Positions 5,909 to 10,741 of a stretch of DNA of 10,741 nt are shown here, piece after piece. A model generated the notes under the pieces. The model was not told the origin of the DNA, made no database searches, and saw nothing but the letters and a program-made list of their open reading frames with translations. Each line of letters begins with the position of its first letter. Positions within the stretch are counted from its first letter, which is position 1. This DNA is from an uncultured Pseudomonadota bacterium (GTDB taxonomy: Bacteria; SAR324; NAC60-12): positions 1 to 10,741 of the forward strand of contig CAJWCD010000121.1 in the NCBI GenBank assembly GCA_913020725.1. Reading direction: 5' to 3'. Position numbers and translations under genes: made by a program.

Positions 5909-7142
5909 CGGATTTAGGGGCCAGCAAGAGTGTTGCCGCCTCGCGCCCGCTGGGAATGAGCGACTGCTCCGGAAGCAGTTGGGCGGCAGCGGCAAGGGCT
6001 TCCTGCGCGTTTTCTTGACGCATGGCAACCAGAAACTTCAACTGCACGACGGGTTCGTTGGCCGCTTCCTCCTCGTCCGTGTCCGCCAAGACTTGAGCCG
6101 CGTCACCATAGCGTCCGTTTTGGTAGAGCAGTTTCGCGTAAATCAACCGCAGCAGCGGGGTGCGGTATTTGGAGCCGTAGAGTTCCCCGATCAATTCCAG
6201 AATCGACTCGCTGGCCCCGGAGGCGTGGTAGAGGTGTTCTAGTTCCTCCAGCAATTCCGGTGCGCCTGTTTTCTCAAAGCCTTTCTTGAGCCGCTTGGCC
6301 GCTTGGTACGCCTCCCCCGCGCCGTGCAGTTTGGCGGCGTCGCCGAAGACCTCAAAGAGGTTCTGCAAGGCTTTGTCGCGCTTGGGCAGGTAGTTGAGCT
6401 TCCAGTTTTCGAGACGCTTGGGCATGGTCCGGAACGCCTGCCGCAGGTGGGCGAGGTGCGCTTCGGTCAGATTCTCGACGACCACGCTCTGCGGAAAGCG
6501 TTCCATGAGGGCGCGTTCCTGCTCCAGGCACACCATCCACTCGCTCTGGGCAATCGCCACCTGCCGCAGTCCTTCCAGCGCCACCGGATGTCCGGGTTGG
6601 AGGCGGTCGAGTTCGCGGCCCAACTGCCCTGCCAAATCCCAGTCCTCCCACTCCAGCGCGGCCCGCAGGTAGGGCAGCAGCAGCTCCAGATTCTGCGGAT
6701 GCTGCTCCCGGAGCTTGGCGTATTCCTCCTTGAGCGCGTCGCCACCGAGGGCATAGCGTTGCAACGCCAGACTTTGCAACACCACCGACAAGGGCGGGGC
6801 ATCGCCCTGAATGCGCTTGAGCGCCTTGCGGGCCGCACCGAGGTCGTGTCGCAAGTAAGCGGTTTGAAAATCATCCAACCGCTGCTGCCACTTCGTATTC
6901 CGACGCGCCTGCCAACCTCCGCGAATCCTAGCGAACCAGCGATCTGGATGCCGGATCATCAAGTAAATTTCGGTGAGCAGCCAGCCCAGCACGAGTGTAC
7001 CCAGCACCAGCACCCACAGCGACACATGAATGCTGACGGGTCCGTAAAGCTGAACCTCGACGGTCTGATTGTTGATGGTGCTGAAGTAACCGAAGGCTCC
7101 CAGCAGTACGGTCAGCAGCGAGAATCCAAGAATGCGGCGCAT
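5889..7142 (-). CDS. LapA-domain membrane protein fused to a TPR-like helical region (paralog B, 417 aa)
   Basis: Two N-terminal TM segments flanking FSTINNQTVEVQL (LapA-like); helical repeats such as LDRLQPGHPVALEGLRQVAIAQSEW and LIYAKLLYQNGRYGDAAQVL; no C-terminal rubredoxin CxxC pairs. Confidence 0.75.
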   Translation of the reverse strand: MRRILGFSLLTVLLGAFGYFSTINNQTVEVQLYGPVSIHVSLWVLVLGTLVLGWLLTEIYLMIRHPDRWFARIRGGWQARRNTKWQQRLDDFQTAYLRHDLGAARKALKRIQGDAPPLSVVLQSLALQRYALGGDALKEEYAKLREQHPQNLELLLPYLRAALEWEDWDLAGQLGRELDRLQPGHPVALEGLRQVAIAQSEWMVCLEQERALMERFPQSVVVENLTEAHLAHLRQAFRTMPKRLENWKLNYLPKRDKALQNLFEVFGDAAKLHGAGEAYQAAKRLKKGFEKTGAPELLEELEHLYHASGASESILELIGELYGSKYRTPLLRLIYAKLLYQNGRYGDAAQVLADTDEEEAANEPVVQLKFLVAMRQENAQEALAAAAQLLPEQSLIPSGREAATLLLAPKSDDAPPA

Positions 7143-7164
7143 GGTGGTTTTCCGGAGTGGAAAG

Positions 7165-8370
7165 TCAGTTCAGAGCTAGGGGTGTGCGAGTCAGGCTCTC
7201 CTCCGACACGAGGAATCCGGCGGCCAGCATGGCCTCATCGGAACGGCCTTGCCGCATGGCAATCAAGTAGCGCAGGGTGTGGTAAAGTTCGGGTCGTTGC
7301 GATTCCGGAACCGTGACCGCCGCCAGAACGCCATCAGCGTCCTCATGTCGTCCGCTCAGGTAGAGCAGTTTCGCGTGGGTCAGGGTGAGGGGCAAGGTGC
7401 GATGTTCCTGCCGCATCACTCCAACGAGTTCCAGCACCTTCTCGCTCACGCCGGATTCGTGGTAGAGGCTTTCGAGCGCGTCGAGCAGTTCCGGTGCAGC
7501 GGTGCGGTCGTAGCCCCGTCGCAGCAATTCGGTCGCCCGGAAAAGCTGCCCCACGGCCCGCAACCGCGCCACCTCTCCCAACAGCGAGGGCACCTCCTGC
7601 AACACGCGATCCCGACGCGGCAGGTAGTTGAGCCGCCAGTCGCGCAGGTCTTCCGGATTCTCCTGAAGCGCGCGGATCAGGTGGCTCTCGTGATCCCCTG
7701 CAACCGTTTCGGCAATCGTGCTGCCGGAGTAATCCTGCAAGAGCGCCCGTTCCTGTTCCACGACCACACGCCACTCCTGCCGATCCAACGCGATGCGCCG
7801 CAATCCCTCCCGCACCTCCGGATGCCCCGGCGCCAAACGGTTGATTTCGTTGCACAAGGATTCCGCCAGCAGCCAGCGCGTTGCCTCCAACGCCCAACTC
7901 AGGTTCGGCAGCAGCACTTCCAGCCGCTCCGGATTAGCCTGTCGCATTTCGTCAAATTCGACAAGCAACTGCGCTCGCGTGATCCGGAAACGCTTCAGTT
8001 CCAGCAAGCGCACTTGCAGGGAAAGCGGGGCTCCGGAAATCCGTCCAAGCGCCCGGCGAGCATCGTCCGGGGCACAGCGCAGACACGCCTCCTCAAACGC
8101 TTCCAGCGCGTTCAAACGCCGATGCAGTCGCCAACCCTGCCAACCCTGCTGAAGCATTTGCAGGAAACGAGTGGGATACTTGCTGAGGTTGCGCGATTCC
8201 GCCAGCAGCAACCCTGCCACAAAAAACACCGCCATCACCATCCAAAGCTGAAGCTGGATCGTGAAGGTGCCGTACACGCTCACGGAGACGGTTTGGCGGT
8301 TCAGCCACGAAAAGTAGCCCAGCACCGCAAGCACGATGAGAACCAGAGCCAAAGTGGTGAGACGACGCAT
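7165..8370 (-). CDS. LapA-domain membrane protein fused to a TPR-like helical region (paralog A, 401 aa)
   Basis: ATG at 8370; colinear with 5889-7142 (GYFSxxNxQTV, LLP, PGHP..EGLR, EQERAL, WxLNYLPxRD, APELL..LE.LYH.SG.SE, AKLLY..GR). Confidence 0.75.
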   Translation of the reverse strand: MRRLTTLALVLIVLAVLGYFSWLNRQTVSVSVYGTFTIQLQLWMVMAVFFVAGLLLAESRNLSKYPTRFLQMLQQGWQGWRLHRRLNALEAFEEACLRCAPDDARRALGRISGAPLSLQVRLLELKRFRITRAQLLVEFDEMRQANPERLEVLLPNLSWALEATRWLLAESLCNEINRLAPGHPEVREGLRRIALDRQEWRVVVEQERALLQDYSGSTIAETVAGDHESHLIRALQENPEDLRDWRLNYLPRRDRVLQEVPSLLGEVARLRAVGQLFRATELLRRGYDRTAAPELLDALESLYHESGVSEKVLELVGVMRQEHRTLPLTLTHAKLLYLSGRHEDADGVLAAVTVPESQRPELYHTLRYLIAMRQGRSDEAMLAAGFLVSEESLTRTPLALN

Positions 8371-8385
8371 CAAACGGAATGTCGC

Positions 8386-8853
8386 TTAGGCATGGTGATA
8401 GGGTTCGCCGCGCTGGATGGTGAAAGCACGGTAGAGTTGTTCAAGCAGCACCAGCCGCACCAGCTGATGGTTCATCGTCAAGTCCGAAAGCCGCAGCGTT
8501 TGCACCGTGTTCGGAAACCGCTCCTGCTCAACACCATACGCCCCTCCGACCACAAACGTCCAGCGCGATGCACCCTGCACCGTTTCCTGCTCCAACCAAC
8601 GGGCGAGGTTTTCGGAACTGCGACACTCACCGCGTTCGTCCAGCAAAACCGTGCGCTCTGCAGGGTCAAGCCGAGCGAGCAGTCCCCCGGTTTCCTGAGC
8701 GCGACACTGCTCCGGATTCCCGGATTTCGCAGGTTTCAGTGTTTCGCATTCGATTCGTGCGTAAGGCCGCAGTTTGCGGAGAAAATGCTCGACTCCGGAT
8801 TCGACATAGCGTTCTTGCGCCTTGCCCACCCAAAGCAGGCGGATGCGGAGCAT
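8386..8853 (-). CDS. rlmH: 23S rRNA (pseudouridine1915-N3)-methyltransferase RlmH
   Basis: 155 aa SPOUT fold; IRLLWVGK, LLDERG, FVVGGAYG, LSDLTMNHQLVRLVLLEQLYRAFTIQRGEPYH. Confidence 0.97.
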   Translation of the reverse strand: MLRIRLLWVGKAQERYVESGVEHFLRKLRPYARIECETLKPAKSGNPEQCRAQETGGLLARLDPAERTVLLDERGECRSSENLARWLEQETVQGASRWTFVVGGAYGVEQERFPNTVQTLRLSDLTMNHQLVRLVLLEQLYRAFTIQRGEPYHHA

Positions 8854-8865
8854 GACCGCTCCAGA

Positions 8866-9645
8866 TCAAGTCGCGTAGTCGGAGCACTCACGGTCCAGCG
8901 TCCGTTTCCACGCTTTGAGGGTCAGGTCGGCCCCCTCCTCCCACTCGTCTGCAATCTGCTCGCTGCTGAGTCGTGCTATCTCGTCGGGGATCAGGCGGGG
9001 GGCTTGCCCGGAGGAGACCACGAGGAAGTATTCCTTGCAGACCACTTCCAGATAATAGAGGTCATAGAAGGCGCCCTCGATGGTGGAACCCAGCACCGTT
9101 ACCCCGTGGTTGGCGTGCAGCATCACGCGCTTGTTGCCCAGCGCGGCCCGCATCCGCTTGCCCTCCTCCCGTGCCACCGCGAGTCCGCCATAGTGATCAT
9201 CGTAGGCGATGTTGTTGTAGAAACGGCAGGAGTTCTGGTTAACCATCTTCAGGCGGTTGTCCTTGATGGAGGTCAGCCACGTCGAGTAGGGTGGATGCAT
9301 ATGCAGGATGCAGACGGCTTCCGGATTGCCCTTGTGGATCGCCGCGTGGATGTGCAGGGCCGAAAGCTCCACGGTGCCCGCGCCCGCCACCGTGTTGCCG
9401 TCTTGATCCACGACGATCAGGTTGCTTGCCGTGATTTCGGACATCAGCAGCCCGTGCGCTTTGACCAGAAAGCGGTCTGCGTTTCCGGGCAGGGCGCAGG
9501 AGAAGTGGTTGTAGATGCTGTCGTCCCAACCGAAGCGGTTCGCCAACCGATGCACGGCGGCGAGGTCCACCCGGAGTTGCCACTCCACCGCATTGATTTC
9601 TGGAGCGGTCGGTTTGCGTTCTAACATGCTGATTGCAGTGCCCAT
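8866..9645 (-). CDS. Class II aldolase/adducin family protein
   Basis: LRVDLAA..R, IYNHFS, EITASNL, HIHAAIH, metal-binding LHMH and NHG motifs; start could be 9645 or 9627. Confidence 0.92.
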   Translation of the reverse strand: MGTAISMLERKPTAPEINAVEWQLRVDLAAVHRLANRFGWDDSIYNHFSCALPGNADRFLVKAHGLLMSEITASNLIVVDQDGNTVAGAGTVELSALHIHAAIHKGNPEAVCILHMHPPYSTWLTSIKDNRLKMVNQNSCRFYNNIAYDDHYGGLAVAREEGKRMRAALGNKRVMLHANHGVTVLGSTIEGAFYDLYYLEVVCKEYFLVVSSGQAPRLIPDEIARLSSEQIADEWEEGADLTLKAWKRTLDRECSDYAT

Positions 9646-9852
9646 TGTTTTTCTTTTGTTCGTGTTTCCAAATTCCAGCAAAGACGACCCGCGCCTGTCC
9701 TAGTCGCGCAGCTTGCCCTCCTGAAGCAGTGGTTTTCGCAGTTTGCTTTTTTAGGCAAACGTCGTCATCATGGGAACCTGTTCGCTCCGGAAGGTCAAGC
9801 CGAGGTGAGCGTTGTTTCTTGAGCCAATGTGAACCCTCTTGAGGAGATTGCC

Positions 9853-10575
9853 ATGAAAAGTTTCTGCAAAATCATCGTTTCCGGATTAGTACTGGGCGGG
9901 ATTGCTGCTTGCGGCCCCAGCGCCGAGTTGCTCAAGCTGCGAGACACCAACGAGTGTGTGGAATGCAAACTTGGAAAAACGGATTTCACCGAGGACAAGC
10001 TGGCGGGGGCCAATCTACGCAAGGCCGATTTGCGCAAGACCGATTTCTCAGGAGTCGATCTCAGCGGGGCGGATTTGAGTCACACCGACATCCGCAAATC
10101 CGACCTCCGGCGGGCCAACCTCTCCGGAGTCACCATGACCAACGCCCTCATGCAGCACTCCCATTATGGCGGAGCGGACATGAGCAACGGCAACTTTGAG
10201 AAATCCGATCTGCGCAAGTCGGTTTTCTCAGAGGCCAAGTTGGTCAAAGCCAATTTGCAGAATGCGGATATCCGTGCGGCCACGCTCGACAGCGCCGACC
10301 TCACCGATGCGAATCTGTCCGGAGCAAATTTGGAGGACGCCAGCTTGGAAAAGGCGAACCTGACCAATGCGAACCTGACGGGGGCGATCTTGGAGGATGC
10401 CGAGTTGGAAGGCGCCAACCTGACCGGAGCGAACCTGACGGGAGCAAATTTGACAGACGCTGATCTGGAAGGCGCAATCCTCGACGGGGCCACGCTGGAG
10501 GGAGCCATCCTCGACGATGCCACTTGGATTGACGGCCGGACGTGTTCCGAAGCGTCCGTGACCACCTGCGAGTAA
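9853..10575 (+). CDS. Pentapeptide repeat-containing lipoprotein
   Basis: RBS GAGGAG at 9841-9846, ATG 9853; signal peptide with lipobox IAAC (Cys20); long run of A(D/N)LxX repeats; N-cap ECVEC and C-cap WIDGRTCSEASVTTC. Confidence 0.92.
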   Translation: MKSFCKIIVSGLVLGGIAACGPSAELLKLRDTNECVECKLGKTDFTEDKLAGANLRKADLRKTDFSGVDLSGADLSHTDIRKSDLRRANLSGVTMTNALMQHSHYGGADMSNGNFEKSDLRKSVFSEAKLVKANLQNADIRAATLDSADLTDANLSGANLEDASLEKANLTNANLTGAILEDAELEGANLTGANLTGANLTDADLEGAILDGATLEGAILDDATWIDGRTCSEASVTTCE

Positions 10576-10684
10576 ACAGCTCTGCGGGTCAATGGGCCCG
10601 TTCTGGTGGCACGGAGCCTGTCCTCGTGAAGGTACATGGCCCGCGCTACCCGTTTTGATTTAGAATGAGTAACCTAAAGTGAAG

Positions 10685-10741
10685 ATGACGACACCAGAAG
10701 TCGAGACCTTAGTATTGCTGGAGGCCTTGGCCTTACTGGTC
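10685..10741 (+). CDS. Possible 5' end of a CDS running off the window
   Basis: ATG 10685, open to the window end: MTTPEVETLVLLEALALLV; no strong RBS. Confidence 0.3.
   Translation, partial: MTTPEVETLVLLEALALLV

Noticed and set aside
5909..6028. 40-aa N-terminal extension of recO in the ORF track
   Set aside because: Overlaps the upstream gene deeply; RecO similarity starts at MMPLPHEE
7249..9624. 791-aa plus-strand ORF (and the 337-aa ORF at 6303-7316)
   Set aside because: Antisense shadows of well-supported minus-strand genes in GC-rich DNA; no recognisable motifs
10300..10520. Short periodic DNA repeats suggesting a CRISPR or VNTR array
   Set aside because: 15-nt periodicity is explained by pentapeptide coding; there are no unique spacers

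Overview
GC-rich bacterial (probably diderm) window with two ordinary flanks and a mosaic accessory island between them. Left flank: an Rv2258c-like SAM methyltransferase (153-1208, +). Right flank: a minus-strand operon (class II aldolase/adducin, rlmH, two tandem paralogous LapA-domain/TPR-like membrane proteins, recO) and a divergent pentapeptide-repeat lipoprotein. The island (about 1209-5122) looks like integron-cassette debris with no integrase or transposase in view. It opens with a perfect 21-bp inverted repeat. Next is an AT-rich DUF4405-like gene bracketed by complementary core sites (GTTAGCATT...AATGCTAAC). This gene is split into two in-frame halves (1350-1514 and 4653-4829; the second is absent from the ORF track) by a ~3.14-kb GC-rich insert. 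The insert carries an intact alpha/beta-hydrolase-domain gene, an unexplained ~530-bp stretch, a 5'-truncated ABC ATPase and an attC-like right arm. The island ends with an RHH antitoxin whose RelE-like toxin partner is reduced to a ~6-codon stub. Family assignments come from motif recognition only; no database searches were run, and assembly chimerism cannot be excluded.
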